From sequence record NZ_CP023150.1: a DNA stretch of 24,702 bases; one strand, written 5' to 3'. Below, in pieces: positions 9,052 to 20,214 of this stretch (the first letter of the stretch is position 1; every line of letters starts with the position of its first letter). The notes beneath the pieces were generated by a model. The model did not search any database. It saw only the letters and a program-made list of their open reading frames with translations, and was not told the DNA's origin. This stretch comes from a plasmid. The position numbers and the translations under genes were made by a program.

Positions 9052-9618
9052 TTAACGGCTCAGATATCGATACGCCGTCGCTCGCCCAATCCCGAAGGCC
9101 GCGGCCAGTTCTCTGACCGGCTCACCGGTGGCGGCGAGCCGGCGGAGCTGTTCTTGGCGATCGGCGGCGAGTTTGGGCGGTTTGGTGGCCGGCAACTGCC
9201 GGGTGCGGCGGGATTCGCGTGATGCTGCGCGTCGTTCGCGGCCGAGCTCGAGTTCGAGCTCGGCAAGGGTGGCCATGATCGCGGCCACGGCCCGTCCAGT
9301 CGGGGTAGCGGTATCGATGCCTTCGCGTAAGGCGCGCAACACGATTCGCCGCTCACTGAGTTCGACGATGGTGCGGGTGACTTCGGCGACCGAGCGGCCA
9401 AGCCGGTCGATGGCACACACGACGACGGTGTCGCCGGCGCGGGCATAGTCCAGCATCGCCGCCAATCCGTGCCGGGCTGTCTTGGCCGACCCGGACAATT
9501 TGTCGGTGAAGACCCGTCCCGGCTCGACACCAGCGGCGGTGAGCTCGGCCAGCTGCGCGTCGAGGTCCTGGCCGACGGTGCTGACCCGTGCATAGCCCAG
9601 GATTGCGCTCACCGGCAC
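9052..9618 (-). CDS. Serine recombinase (resolvase/invertase family) with a C-terminal HTH
   Basis: It has the catalytic-Ser motif GYARVSTVGQDLDAQ, a resolvase core, and the C-terminal HTH ELAAAFGIGRATAYRYL. The true start may be GTG at 9612. Confidence 0.8.
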   Translation of the reverse strand: MPVSAILGYARVSTVGQDLDAQLAELTAAGVEPGRVFTDKLSGSAKTARHGLAAMLDYARAGDTVVVCAIDRLGRSVAEVTRTIVELSERRIVLRALREGIDTATPTGRAVAAIMATLAELELELGRERRAASRESRRTRQLPATKPPKLAADRQEQLRRLAATGEPVRELAAAFGIGRATAYRYLSR

Positions 9619-9619
9619 A

Positions 9620-9762
9620 CCGTCTCACGCCGTGTGGCACAACAGATCCGAGACACGCCGGTCCGAGACAAGAAACGAGACGCCGCGCGGTGTTGCGAGC
9701 TGCACAAACTTTTCTGGAATGACTCCAGCTTGGCCTATACCGTTTCTCTAGATTCGAGACAC
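9620..9762. repeat. Cluster of GTCTC/GAGACA motifs immediately upstream of the recombinase gene, including GTCTCA-N22-GAGACA; candidate res/recombination site
   Basis: gtctca at 9622, cgagaca at 9649, 9664 and 9755, and cgagac at 9676. Res sites typically lie just upstream of the resolvase gene. Confidence 0.35.
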
Positions 9763-9849
9763 CAACGATCAGGGTTGCTTTGATGGCCGGGCGGGGGGCT
9801 CCTCATCGACGCGCACTCGCCGCAACCCAAGCCCGCAGATCGGAGTCGT

Positions 9850-10065
9850 TCAGGAAACCATCGACGAGCGGAATGCTTTCAGGCCCTTCGACGCAAACCG
9901 GAGAACGTCGTGTTCGACGCACCCAAGGCGATCGGCGGCCTCAGCCGCCGATAACGCTGGGTTAAGCAGGATCTGCAACTCGTCAGGAGTGAATGTCGGT
10001 TCGGCGTCCCAGGGTGCCTCGTCCCACCCGGCTTCACTGAAGCCTGAAAATAGTTCGTTGCTCAT
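9850..10065 (-). CDS. Hypothetical small acidic protein (71 aa) inside the segment bounded by the two GAGAC-repeat clusters
   Basis: The RBS GAGGAATAGG lies upstream of ATG. No recognisable domain. Confidence 0.3.
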   Translation of the reverse strand: MSNELFSGFSEAGWDEAPWDAEPTFTPDELQILLNPALSAAEAADRLGCVEHDVLRFASKGLKAFRSSMVS

Positions 10066-10198
10066 ACCTATTCCTCACGAAAGGTGGGGTACGGGTGAAT
10101 ATCTCGTCGGCTGAGACGTAAAAGGGTCAATCTCCGTCTCTCCGCGGGCTCCATCGCCTTGGCGGAATTCCTGCTGGGATCCCATGTTACCGGCGCCA

Positions 10199-10268
10199 CT
10201 GTCTCAGACCGCCCGTCTGCGCACCAAAGTGAGACAGGAGCCGATCGGTCTCGGCTCAAACGAGACAA
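10199..10268. repeat. Second cluster of GTCTC/GAGACA motifs with inverted repeat CTGTCTCA-N23-TGAGACAG
   Basis: Read directly. Same architecture as the cluster at 9620-9762. It lies about 600 bp away on the other side of the small ORF. Confidence 0.35.
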
Positions 10269-10304
10269 TGCTAGCGACGGGTGAGCGGTGTGCGGGGTCG
10301 GACC

Positions 10305-11441
10305 TCAGCCATCGCCGAACCAGCGCTCCTTGCGGCTTCGGGCGAATTCGGCTTTCTCGTCAGCTATTTCGGCAGACGGGCCGATTAGTGAGCCTGTCGG
10401 TTTTGGTCCGCTGAGGAAGTTGACCTGCACCTTGCCGACCTCACCGCGCCCGAACTCCATGTAGCAGTCGCCCGCCCCGTCATAGGGAGGCGGCGCCGGT
10501 GTGCCCCGCAGGTTTGCGATGATGTCATCGGCGACGAACTGCGCGGCACGCTCGGCGAATAGGCCCGCCTTGGCGGTATAGGCGGCCGCCACGTCACCGA
10601 TTGCGTACACGCCGGGAAACCGGGTAGCCAGGTTGGTTTTTTCCACCGGAATCCATCCGTCGGGCGCCAGCCCCGAATCGGCGATGACCGCCGGCACCCG
10701 ATGCACGGGGATGCCGATGAAAAGGTCGTATGGAACTCCTTCGCCCTCGGCGAACTCGGCGAACTTGCGTTCGGGGTCCAGCCGGCTCACCGTCCGGTTT
10801 CCCATGAAGGTGATGCCACGCGCGGTCAGGTGCTGCTGAAGTGGCTCGGATACCTCCTTGGCGACGGGCACCGGGGCGCCCATGTAGCCCGTCACGGTTA
10901 TCGAGACCTGGTCGCGCAGTCCTCGGCCGGTGAAGTAGTCCTCAAGCAGAAACGCCGCCTCGAACGGCGCCGGTGGGCACTTGTACGGCTCGCCGAGCAC
11001 GCTGATGACGATTTTGCCGCCCGGGAACGCCGGCAGCGCGTCGCGCAGACGTTCCGCCCCGCCCAATGTGTAGTACTCGAAGCCGTCCTTGGTGAAACCA
11101 GGGGTGGCCTGTGTGTCGTACTCCGCGCCGAGCGCCACGACCAGAACATCGGCTTGATAGGAACCGGATCGGGTACGCACGTGGCGGTTTTCCGGGTCGA
11201 TCGCGGTGATCTCTTCTTGGTGGAAGTCGACGCCGGGTCTGGTCAGCGCCGCATACGGCAGGCGCACGTCGTCGGGCGTGCGTTTACCAAACAGCACGTC
11301 AAGTTTGGAGAAACCGAAAAAGAAAGAATCGTTGCGATCGATCAGCGTCACCCGCACCTGATCGGCAAGCAACTCCGATAGCCGCGTGGCAAGCTCAAGA
11401 CCACCGAACCCGGCCCCCAGAACCAGCACGTGCAACGTCAT
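10305..11441 (-). CDS. FAD-dependent pyridine nucleotide-disulfide oxidoreductase, sulfide:quinone oxidoreductase (SQR/FCSD)-like, paralog 2
   Basis: N-terminal Rossmann motif VLVLGAGFGG. It has a CPPAP redox-Cys motif (KCPPAPFEAA). It is a paralog of the gene at 12000-13184. Start chosen at MTLHVLVLGAG (ATG 11441, RBS GGAAGGGAAG). Confidence 0.65.
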   Translation of the reverse strand: MTLHVLVLGAGFGGLELATRLSELLADQVRVTLIDRNDSFFFGFSKLDVLFGKRTPDDVRLPYAALTRPGVDFHQEEITAIDPENRHVRTRSGSYQADVLVVALGAEYDTQATPGFTKDGFEYYTLGGAERLRDALPAFPGGKIVISVLGEPYKCPPAPFEAAFLLEDYFTGRGLRDQVSITVTGYMGAPVPVAKEVSEPLQQHLTARGITFMGNRTVSRLDPERKFAEFAEGEGVPYDLFIGIPVHRVPAVIADSGLAPDGWIPVEKTNLATRFPGVYAIGDVAAAYTAKAGLFAERAAQFVADDIIANLRGTPAPPPYDGAGDCYMEFGRGEVGKVQVNFLSGPKPTGSLIGPSAEIADEKAEFARSRKERWFGDG

Positions 11442-11659
11442 CAGCTTCCCTTCCGGGGCCGGCTCGCGCCGACAGGCCCCCATTCCTGTCGCTCAGTATT
11501 GCCACCGAGATTCGAAACAAACAAAGCCGCTCGCTGTACTTGCGCCGCAGACGAGCTTGACGAAACCACGACCCGGGCACCATAGGCGAGTGCGGGTACC
11601 ACAAGTATCGAGGGTGTCCAGCGACAACCGCGATCGCGACAATTCGATAGCAGTGCCTT

Positions 11660-11971
11660 TCATGAGCTGGCCGGGCCGGGCACTGCCTCCACTTTGGAAC
11701 GCAGTGCACGCTCGGCCGTAGTGGGGATGCCCAGTCGGTGTAGCAAAACGCTCGTCGGGCACCAGCCCACCGCCGCGTCGAGCAGCAGGTTAGCTCCCAC
11801 AAAACCAGTGAGAATCCTCCATCGCTTTGAACGCACGCGGCCAAGGGTTAAGGTCACCAGGACCACAGAACCGGCGATGAGGTGCACGGTTCTTTCCAGG
11901 GTCCACCCTTGTGGCCGTGGCATCTGAAACGCTCCTCGCTCAATCGGGGCCGAGCCTTGGTTATTCGTCAT
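11660..11971 (-). CDS. DUF2892 (YgaP C-terminal-like) small membrane protein with a conserved GWCP motif
   Basis: It has two TM helices and a VGWCP motif. RBS AGGAAGGTG. Genes of this kind often accompany SQR/rhodanese genes. Confidence 0.55.
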   Translation of the reverse strand: MTNNQGSAPIERGAFQMPRPQGWTLERTVHLIAGSVVLVTLTLGRVRSKRWRILTGFVGANLLLDAAVGWCPTSVLLHRLGIPTTAERALRSKVEAVPGPASS

Positions 11972-11999
11972 GGGACCTCACACCTTCCTGTAAGTTGTT

Positions 12000-13184
12000 C
12001 TAGCGCGTGGCCGAGGTGGGGTGTTCCCAGAGGGCTCGCCAGTCGTGTTCTTCTTGTTGCTTGTCGTGGTGTAGCTGCTCGGATGGCGCGGTGAGGTGGA
12101 TCGCGGGCTGGGGTAGGGTGAAGAAGTCTCCTTTGCCCTGGGCAGAGGTGTGTGCCCCGGCGTCGATGTAGCAGTACCCTTCGCCCGACAGAGCGCCGGT
12201 GTGGTCGGTCATCTTGAGGTAGTGCAGTGCGTTTTCGGCGGCTGCTTTGGCCCCGTTTTTGGCGAAGATCGCCGCTTTGGGCAGGGGCCGGCCGGATGGC
12301 GATGTGATCGCGGTGGTGTCTCCGATGGCGAAGATTCCGGGGTGTTGGGTTTGCATGGTGGTCGCATCGACACTGATCCAGCCCGCACCGTCGAGCGTAA
12401 TAGCCGGTTCGTGCGGGGGGACGAACACCAGCAGGTCGAACTCGACGAGGGTGCCGTCCTGGAACTCGATGACCCGGGTGTCGGCGTTGACCTGCATAAC
12501 GCTGTGTTCGCCGTAGAAGCCGATGTTGTTATCGGCCAGTAGCGCCACGAGTTCTTGGCCGGCGTAGGGACCCGCCGAGAGCATGGGTTGGGTTTCCGGG
12601 CTATACACCGACAGCTGCGTGGCATCGCGGCAACCGTTCTCGCGGAGTAGGTCTGCGGCCAGCAGGGCTCCTTCGTAGGGGGCCGGTGGGCAGCGGAACG
12701 GCTGGGAGGTCACCAGGAACACCAGTTTGCCGCCGGTGAAGTTGTGCAGGGCGCGGTGCGCGTCGGCGGCGGCGTCGGCGCTGTAATAGTGCACCGCGGT
12801 GCCGCCCTCCACCGCGGCCGCCAATCCCGGCACGTTGTCCACGGCGTTGCGGGCGCCGGTGGCGATGACCAATGCGTCGAAGGCAATGTCGGTGGAGTCG
12901 GCCAGAGTCACGGTGCGCTCGACCGGGTCGATGCTGGCGACTGAGCCGGTGATGGTCGTGAGCCCGGACAGTGCGTCGGCGGTGGGGCGAATGGACACGC
13001 TGTCCTGGTCGCGCCAGCCGCGCATCACCCATGGCAGGGTGAAGCCCAGATAGTGGGAGAAGTCTTCGTCGACGACGGTGGTGTCGAGATTATCGAGAGG
13101 GACGCCGGATTCGGTGAGTTCTTTGATGACGCTGAGTCCGCCGATGCCGGCACCGAGAATCACGAGCTTCTTATTCGTGTGCAT
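12000..13184 (-). CDS. FAD-dependent pyridine nucleotide-disulfide oxidoreductase, SQR/FCSD-like, paralog 1
   Basis: It has the LVILGAGIGG FAD-binding motif and the FRCPPAPYEGA redox motif. RBS AAGGAAAGGG. Confidence 0.65.
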   Translation of the reverse strand: MHTNKKLVILGAGIGGLSVIKELTESGVPLDNLDTTVVDEDFSHYLGFTLPWVMRGWRDQDSVSIRPTADALSGLTTITGSVASIDPVERTVTLADSTDIAFDALVIATGARNAVDNVPGLAAAVEGGTAVHYYSADAAADAHRALHNFTGGKLVFLVTSQPFRCPPAPYEGALLAADLLRENGCRDATQLSVYSPETQPMLSAGPYAGQELVALLADNNIGFYGEHSVMQVNADTRVIEFQDGTLVEFDLLVFVPPHEPAITLDGAGWISVDATTMQTQHPGIFAIGDTTAITSPSGRPLPKAAIFAKNGAKAAAENALHYLKMTDHTGALSGEGYCYIDAGAHTSAQGKGDFFTLPQPAIHLTAPSEQLHHDKQQEEHDWRALWEHPTSATR

Positions 13185-13498
13185 GGTTTCGCTACCCTTT
13201 CCTTACCTAAACAGATTCCTGCGGGGGAGCAGTTCGCGATTGATGGCGGTCATCAACCGGCCGATCTGTTATGTGTCGCGCATCGGCGCCTGCTGGCGGG
13301 GCGGCAGTTCTCGTCCTGGTTGAGGACGGCCAAACTCATCAATTGCCAGTCGATGGGCACTGCGGTTTTGTCGGCGACCGCAGCCAGCCGGCGTTCCACG
13401 AAAACGGACACACGGGGTCTAACCAGATCGTCACCTCGCAACGGGTCGGTCATCCCCGCGGGTGTGAGTCATGTGCTTTCGCCTCCTCCGGTTTGGGG

Positions 13499-13850
<352 letters not shown>

Positions 13851-14053
13851 TAAGTCATGGCAGGTCGCTGACGCCGCCGGGAAAGCGCCGTTGCTCAACC
13901 GGCGCCGCGATCATGCGGCGGCCGACCAGGTGACAAATATCGGCCTGGTGTCCGGCGTCCCCGCCAGTCACACCCGCCGCTCGATGCGGCGGCCCGGGCG
14001 TGAACAGCAATTTTGCTTGATAGTGACGCTGTCAGGAGGGGAAGAAGGTTTGA

Positions 14054-14482
14054 ATGTTGGTCTTTCTCAAGCGGGCGTGGGTACCGCTGGTCGTGGTGGC
14101 CGCAGTTTCCCTTGGCGGGATGGGCGTGGAACAGCTTCGCGGTCTTTTCGGCTCCGACGAGATCTTTTCGCAGCCCCGCAGCGCCCCAATGATCGTGGCG
14201 TTCCATGTCAAGCGGGTGACGTATGAGGTTTTCGGGCCCAGCGACACCGCGGGAAGCGTGAGCTATTTGGGCATGAATGCCGAAGCGGAGCAGGCGAAGT
14301 TCGCCAGCCTGCCGTGGAGCTACACGGTCACGACGACGGTACCGGCGGTGATCGCCAACTTGGTGGCACAGGGCAACAGCGACACGATCGGGTGTCGCAT
14401 CACGGTCAACGGTGAGGTCAAAGACCAGCAATCTGCCAGCGGGCACCACGCCCAGGCCTTCTGCTTGGTGAAGGCGGCATGA
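14054..14482 (+). CDS. MmpS family membrane protein
   Basis: 142 aa with an N-terminal TM helix. It is immediately upstream of mmpL and overlaps it by 4 bp. RBS GGAGGGGAAGAAGG. Confidence 0.8.
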   Translation: MLVFLKRAWVPLVVVAAVSLGGMGVEQLRGLFGSDEIFSQPRSAPMIVAFHVKRVTYEVFGPSDTAGSVSYLGMNAEAEQAKFASLPWSYTVTTTVPAVIANLVAQGNSDTIGCRITVNGEVKDQQSASGHHAQAFCLVKAA

Positions 14483-17379
14483 ACTCCGACCACACGACCC
14501 GCCCGAGATTCATGCGGGCGGTGCAGCGGTTTTCGTGGCCGATCATTCTCGTCTGGTTGCTTCTGACGATCGCGGTAAACGTCCTCGTGCCGCCGATCGA
14601 ATCGGTCGCAAGAAACAACGCGGTGTCGACGTCACCAGCAGATGCGCCCTCGGTGATCGCCGCAAAGCAAATCGGTAAGACGTTCCAGGAGTCCAATTCC
14701 GACAGCATCGTCATGGTGGTCCTGGAAAGCGATAAAAAACTCGGCGACGAAGCGCACCGCTATTACAACGGCTTGGTGAAAAAGCTGGAAGCCGACACCG
14801 AACACGTACAGCATGTCCAGAACGTGTGGGGCGACGTGCTCACTGCCGCCGGTGTTCAAAGCCAGGACGGCAAAGCCGCCTATGTCCAGATCAACATCGC
14901 CGGAAACCAGGGCAGCACATTACAAAACGACTCCGTCCACGCGGTTCGGCAGATCGTGCAGAAGTCGGCGCCGCCGCCCGGGTTGAAGGCATATGTCACC
15001 GGTCCGGCAGCGCTCAGTACGGACATGAACGAGGCGGCCGACAAAAGCATGCTCAAGATGATGGGTGTGACCGGCGTGGTCATCATGATCATGCTCTTTA
15101 TCGTCTATCGCTCGGTGAGCACGGTGCTTCTTGTTCTGGTGATGGTCGGCTTCGAGATGGGCACCGCCCGAGGCGTTGTCGCGGTTCTCGGGCACTACCA
15201 GCTGTTGGGGTTTTCCACGTTCGTCGTCGCCATGCTCTCGTCGCTGGCCATTGCGGCGGGAACCGATTACGCGATATTCCTGATCGGGCGTTACCAGGAG
15301 GCGCGCCAAGCCGGTGACGACCCGGCCACCGCCTATTACACGATGTTCCGTGGGACCTATCACGTCATCTTGGGCTCGGGGCTCACGATTGCCGGGGCAA
15401 CGTTTTGCCTGCACCTGGCGCGGTTGTCCTATTTCAAGGCGCTGGGCATCCCGTCTGCGCTGGGGCTGCTGGTCGTGATCGCGGGCGCGCTGACCGCGGC
15501 GCCGGCCATTGTGGCCGTGGCCGGCCGCTTCGGTCTGCTCGATCCGAAACGGGCGATCAAGGTGCACGGCTGGCGGCGCATCGGCACGGCCACCGTCCGC
15601 TGGCCCGGACCGGTCTTCGTGACATCGGTGCTGATCGCTATCGTCGGCATGCTCATCATGCCGAGCATGAAACTCAGCTATAACGACCGCTTCTACATTC
15701 CCGCCAATCTCCCGTCGAAAATCGGGTATGCCGCCGCCGAGCGCCATTTCATCCCGGCCAGGATGGACCCGGATATCCTGATGATCGAGGGTGATCATGA
15801 TATGCGTAATTCCGGTGACATGATCATTCTGGACAGGATCGCTAAGGACATCTTCCGGCTACCGGGCATCGCTATGGTACAAGGCATCACCAGACCGCTG
15901 GGAAGCCCGGTCGAGCACACGTCGATACCTTTCCAGGTCAGCATGCAATCCATTCCGATACAAGAAAACCTGCAGTTCATGAAAGACCGTGTGGCCGATA
16001 TCCTCAAAATGAGCGACGGCCTCGGAGCCATGATCGCCTCGATGCAGCGCATGTATAGCCTGCTAGGCCAGGTGAGCAATACGACCCATCACATGGTCGG
16101 TGACATGAACGAGATGAAGGCCACCCTCGACGAGATGCGGGACCATCTCGCGGATTTCGACGATTTTGCCCGGCCATTCCGGGGTTATCTCTATTGGGAG
16201 CAGCACTGCTACGACATCCCTGTCTGCTGGGCGGCGCGATCGGTGTTCGAGGCGATCGACGGTGTCGACAAATTCAGCGACAACATGAAGGCGCTTTTGA
16301 AGGACGTGGACGACATCGATGCGGTGCTGCCGCAAATGCTCGCCCAGTTTCCGCCGATCATCGCGGTCGCGAAATCGATGCGCAGGACACTTCTGACCAT
16401 GCATAGCAGCTTCTCCGGGCTCGTCACCCAAATGGCTCGGATGACCGATACGGCCAGTGCGATGGGCCAGGCGTTCGACGCCTCGAAGGCCGACGACTAT
16501 TTCTACCTACCGCCGGAAGCCTTCGATAATCCCGATTTCCAGCGCGGTCTGAAATTGTTCTTGTCGCCGGACGGCAAGGCCGCGCGCTTCATCATCACCC
16601 ACGCTGAAGATCCGGCAACACCCAAAGGCATTTCAGCGGTCAAACCCGAACTCGAAGCTGCACACCATGCTGTGAAGGGAACATCCCTGGTCAACGGCAA
16701 GTTCTACCTCACCGGCACGGCGGCGATGTACAACGACATACAATCCGGCGCGAAATACGACATCCTGCTCGTGGGGTTGGCGGCCTTGACGCTGATCTTT
16801 GTCGTCATGCTGATCATCACCCGAGCTCTCGTTGCCTCCATGGCGATCGTCGGCACAGTGCTGTTGTCGCTGGGCGCCGCTTTCGGGCTCTCCGTGCTGG
16901 TCTGGCAACATGTCGTCGGCCTGGACCTGAACTGGATCGCGCCCGTGTTCGGAACGATCATTTTGTTAGCCGTCGGCTCCGACTACAACCTGCTGCTGGT
17001 CTCACGCTTCCAGGGGGAGATAGCCGCGGGACTAAAGACCGGCATCATCCGCTCCATGGGCAACACCGGTGGAGTCGTCACCGCCGCGGGCCTGGTATTC
17101 GCCTTCACCATGATGTCCATGGTCGCCAGCGACCTGCGCTCCATCGGCCAGGCCGGCAGCACGATCGGCCTCGGCTTGCTGTTCGACACCCTCATCGTCC
17201 GCTCACTGATGACACCGTCCATCGCGGCGCTGCTCGGGCGCTGGTTCTGGTGGCCCCAACGCGTGCGGCCCCGCCCGGCCAGTTACCTGCTTCGGCCCTT
17301 CGGACCGCGTCGACTGGTTCGTTCCCTTCTTCTGGGTGAAGACGCGGATGCGGCAACCACCAAGCTCCATAAAGCGTGA
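14479..17379 (+). CDS. MmpL family RND-type transporter
   Basis: 966 aa with about 12 TM segments and two large periplasmic loops, the typical MmpL architecture. It is paired with mmpS. Confidence 0.9.
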   Translation: MNSDHTTRPRFMRAVQRFSWPIILVWLLLTIAVNVLVPPIESVARNNAVSTSPADAPSVIAAKQIGKTFQESNSDSIVMVVLESDKKLGDEAHRYYNGLVKKLEADTEHVQHVQNVWGDVLTAAGVQSQDGKAAYVQINIAGNQGSTLQNDSVHAVRQIVQKSAPPPGLKAYVTGPAALSTDMNEAADKSMLKMMGVTGVVIMIMLFIVYRSVSTVLLVLVMVGFEMGTARGVVAVLGHYQLLGFSTFVVAMLSSLAIAAGTDYAIFLIGRYQEARQAGDDPATAYYTMFRGTYHVILGSGLTIAGATFCLHLARLSYFKALGIPSALGLLVVIAGALTAAPAIVAVAGRFGLLDPKRAIKVHGWRRIGTATVRWPGPVFVTSVLIAIVGMLIMPSMKLSYNDRFYIPANLPSKIGYAAAERHFIPARMDPDILMIEGDHDMRNSGDMIILDRIAKDIFRLPGIAMVQGITRPLGSPVEHTSIPFQVSMQSIPIQENLQFMKDRVADILKMSDGLGAMIASMQRMYSLLGQVSNTTHHMVGDMNEMKATLDEMRDHLADFDDFARPFRGYLYWEQHCYDIPVCWAARSVFEAIDGVDKFSDNMKALLKDVDDIDAVLPQMLAQFPPIIAVAKSMRRTLLTMHSSFSGLVTQMARMTDTASAMGQAFDASKADDYFYLPPEAFDNPDFQRGLKLFLSPDGKAARFIITHAEDPATPKGISAVKPELEAAHHAVKGTSLVNGKFYLTGTAAMYNDIQSGAKYDILLVGLAALTLIFVVMLIITRALVASMAIVGTVLLSLGAAFGLSVLVWQHVVGLDLNWIAPVFGTIILLAVGSDYNLLLVSRFQGEIAAGLKTGIIRSMGNTGGVVTAAGLVFAFTMMSMVASDLRSIGQAGSTIGLGLLFDTLIVRSLMTPSIAALLGRWFWWPQRVRPRPASYLLRPFGPRRLVRSLLLGEDADAATTKLHKA

Positions 17380-17385
17380 ATGCAT

Positions 17386-20214
17386 CTATAGTTCGAGGCC
17401 GTAATCGAGGCCCTGGTCGCGGCGATCACGGCTGAGGTGTTGGTTGATCCAGCGGTCGCGCTCGAGGGCCTGCTCGACGCGCTGATCATGCCGATGCCGG
17501 TAGGCGGCCCGTCGCCCCTGTAGGGCGTTGGCGCGCCGGATCAGCAGGCTTTGGACGTGTTCGGGCAGCTGCTCGCGGTCCTGGGCTTGGGCGGCGATGT
17601 CGTGGGCGGTGCGGGCCCGCTCGTCGCGGGTGCCGATGATGCTGCGGACGAGTTGGGCGGCCTGGGCGCTGGTGCCGCGGCGCGCCACGTGCACACCGGG
17701 CTCCTGGGTGTGTTCGTGTTCGGTTTCGCCGGCGATCCGCTCATACAAGTACGCATGGTTGGTGTCGCGGCCGCGGGTCACCGCAACGTAAAGCAGGTTG
17801 CGGCTGGTGTTTTCGCCGAGCACGGCATGGGTGGTGTCGGCGGTGACCCCTTGGGCCGAATGCACGGTGACCGCATAGCCGTGGTGAATGTGCTGGTGGA
17901 GGTAGTCGCCGGAGAACACGGTGCGGGCGCCGTCGTCGAGGCGCCGCGCGGCGATGCGCTGATGCTCGGGGTCGACGGCCAGGACGCGCCAGCGTTGGCC
18001 GTTGCGCACCGGATCGGCTGCGGGGGTGTTGATGTCGGCGGCATCGAACACCGCAATGTCCGGGTCGTTGCGCCGGCTGATGATCACATCGCCCTTGGCG
18101 ATGCGATGTCCGCGCCCGGCGGTCACCGTGAGCGCCTCGGCGCCGATGGTCTGGTCGTGGATGCGCCGATTGAGCGCATCGGCCATCTCTTTGGTGTCAC
18201 AGATCAGCAGGGCGTCTTTGCCCGCGGCGACATCTGCCCGGTACGCCTGCAGGGCGTCGGCGGCCATGGCGATCGGATCCCCGGTGTGCAGCCGGTCATG
18301 GGCCCGGTACCAGTCGACGGCGCGGCGCACCGGGGCCGGCCCACCATCCCGGACCGCGAGGGAGGCAGTGCGTTCGTCGGGGTCGCGCATCCGCCACACT
18401 TCGGAGAGCTTCTGCGTCCAGGGCAGATCGGCGCAGAGTTGGGCGAACATGCCCCCACGGGCTTTGACGGGCGCCAGTTGGTGGGCGTCGCCGACGAGCA
18501 CGGTCTTGGTGTGTGCGGCGGTGGTCGCGGCCAACAGCCGGCGCAGCTCGTCGGTGCCGATCATGCCGGCTTCATCGACGATCACCAGGTCCAGATGGCC
18601 TAACGTCAAGCTGCCGTCGGCAAGTGATTTGAGGGCTTTGGCGACGGTGTAGCCGGTGGTACCGGCGCCTTCTCGGACGGCGACGTCGACGGCTTTGCCG
18701 GTGGGTGCTACCACGATCACCCGGGCCGTAAACCGCCGCCGCGCCATCGCGGCCAGCGCCCGCATGGAGGTGGTTTTGCCGGCCCCGGCCGGCGCGCTCA
18801 ACGGGCACACCAGCTGCGCCGTGGTGGCGATGTTGGTGACGGCGCGGGCCTGATCCGCCGACAAGCCGGTGGTGTCGTGCTCGCGCACCCACAGTTGCGC
18901 GCGCGGATCGGCGGCATCGACGAGGTCCAGGACGGCTTGTTCCTCATTGAGGAATGCTTCCAGGGTGAAGCGTTCATGGCCTTCGCGCTGATGCGCTGCC
19001 CGTGGTGCGGTCAGCCGCAGGCCGAGTGCGTCGACGGCGGCCTCCACCAACTGTCGCGGGCCGCGGTCGGTGTCGACGGGCAGTTGCGCGCCGATCAGCT
19101 CCACCAGATCCGCGCGGGTGAATGCCGCCTTGTCCATCGCCTCGGCGGCCGCCAACAGCCGCCGCCGATTCAGCGGTGCTTTGGCCGCGGCGCGCTGCGC
19201 GCGCCGCGCCTTCCGCGCCTCCAAAAACGCTGCGCGATCCAGCCGCAAACCGCGCGCATCCTCGCGCCACATCTGCGCCAGTTGCGGCCAAGCGAGTTGT
19301 TCGGGTTTGGTCGGCCGGGTGGCCTTTTGCGCGGCCGCCAACTGCGCCGCCGACACCTTCGCGCCGTCGACGACGACCAAATTGTTCGCGGCCCACTCGC
19401 GCAGCGCACTGGAGCGCTGCGACCACGCACTGATGCTCGCCGCGGTGATGCCGGCGAGCTCGGCCATCCCCGTTCCCGGGTCGACCGGCGCCCACTCCAA
19501 CCCGAGTGCGCGCTGCAGTTCGCGCCGCAGGGTGGCTTGATAAATCACGCCCGCCGCGCGGGCTTCGTGATACAGCGACGTGCCATCAAGCGAGACGAGT
19601 TTGCCGTCGGCACGGGCTTGCCGGTTGGGCACGATCACATGGGTGTGTAGGTGCGGATCCCCCGCCCGGCTGGTCTCGTGCTGGTAGGCGATCGCCACCA
19701 ACCCCGGCAACCGAACGAGGTCTTTTTCGCCGGTGCCCGGGTTATGTACCCGGGTGTATCCGGCATGGGCGGCGAGGTACTCCATCGCCTCGGCGATGGC
19801 GGTGGTGTGCGCGGCCAGGACGGCTTTGTCGGCCACCTCGTCGCCGCGCAGCGCACGCACCAACGACACACTCTTGGGCGCGCAAAACGTCAAATCAAAC
19901 CCATGCACCCCGCGCCGGCCGAACCCGCGCCCGCACGCCCCGTTGGGCGCTACACCGTCGTCGAGCCAGCGCGCCACCACCGCCGGATCAGCCTCCCCAC
20001 CGGCCCGCTGCACATCGCTCAACCCCACCAACGCGGCGGCCTTGTGCGCGTCGCCGACGCACACCCACACCGGCGCCCGCGTGTCGCATTCGGAGTAGTA
20101 CTCACCCAACCCACCGTTGGCACGCTGCGCATCTTTGGCGGCTTGGCCGGCCGCCCGCGCGGTGTCGTTGTAGTAGTTGATCGACCAGCGCGACAACTTC
20201 GCGATCGTCAACAT
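17386..20214 (-). CDS. traA: MOBF-family conjugative relaxase/helicase (TrwC/TraA-like)
   Basis: The relaxase N-terminus is MLTIAKL...INYYND (catalytic Tyr pair). The 3-His motif is [12 protein letters not shown]. The RecD-like helicase has Walker [11 protein letters not shown] and DEAGM. The ORF extends to 20328, but the relaxase fold starts at ATG 20214. Confidence 0.85.
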   Translation of the reverse strand: MLTIAKLSRWSINYYNDTARAAGQAAKDAQRANGGLGEYYSECDTRAPVWVCVGDAHKAAALVGLSDVQRAGGEADPAVVARWLDDGVAPNGACGRGFGRRGVHGFDLTFCAPKSVSLVRALRGDEVADKAVLAAHTTAIAEAMEYLAAHAGYTRVHNPGTGEKDLVRLPGLVAIAYQHETSRAGDPHLHTHVIVPNRQARADGKLVSLDGTSLYHEARAAGVIYQATLRRELQRALGLEWAPVDPGTGMAELAGITAASISAWSQRSSALREWAANNLVVVDGAKVSAAQLAAAQKATRPTKPEQLAWPQLAQMWREDARGLRLDRAAFLEARKARRAQRAAAKAPLNRRRLLAAAEAMDKAAFTRADLVELIGAQLPVDTDRGPRQLVEAAVDALGLRLTAPRAAHQREGHERFTLEAFLNEEQAVLDLVDAADPRAQLWVREHDTTGLSADQARAVTNIATTAQLVCPLSAPAGAGKTTSMRALAAMARRRFTARVIVVAPTGKAVDVAVREGAGTTGYTVAKALKSLADGSLTLGHLDLVIVDEAGMIGTDELRRLLAATTAAHTKTVLVGDAHQLAPVKARGGMFAQLCADLPWTQKLSEVWRMRDPDERTASLAVRDGGPAPVRRAVDWYRAHDRLHTGDPIAMAADALQAYRADVAAGKDALLICDTKEMADALNRRIHDQTIGAEALTVTAGRGHRIAKGDVIISRRNDPDIAVFDAADINTPAADPVRNGQRWRVLAVDPEHQRIAARRLDDGARTVFSGDYLHQHIHHGYAVTVHSAQGVTADTTHAVLGENTSRNLLYVAVTRGRDTNHAYLYERIAGETEHEHTQEPGVHVARRGTSAQAAQLVRSIIGTRDERARTAHDIAAQAQDREQLPEHVQSLLIRRANALQGRRAAYRHRHDQRVEQALERDRWINQHLSRDRRDQGLDYGLEL

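Noticed and set aside
13895-14449. 184-aa minus-strand ORF
   Set aside because: It is antisense to mmpS, which is supported by mmpL coupling and an RBS. It is a typical high-GC shadow ORF.
14826-16431. Plus and minus ORFs inside mmpL (for example 14920-15798(-), 16063-16431(-))
   Set aside because: They are internal to or antisense to the 966-aa MmpL frame and have no independent support.
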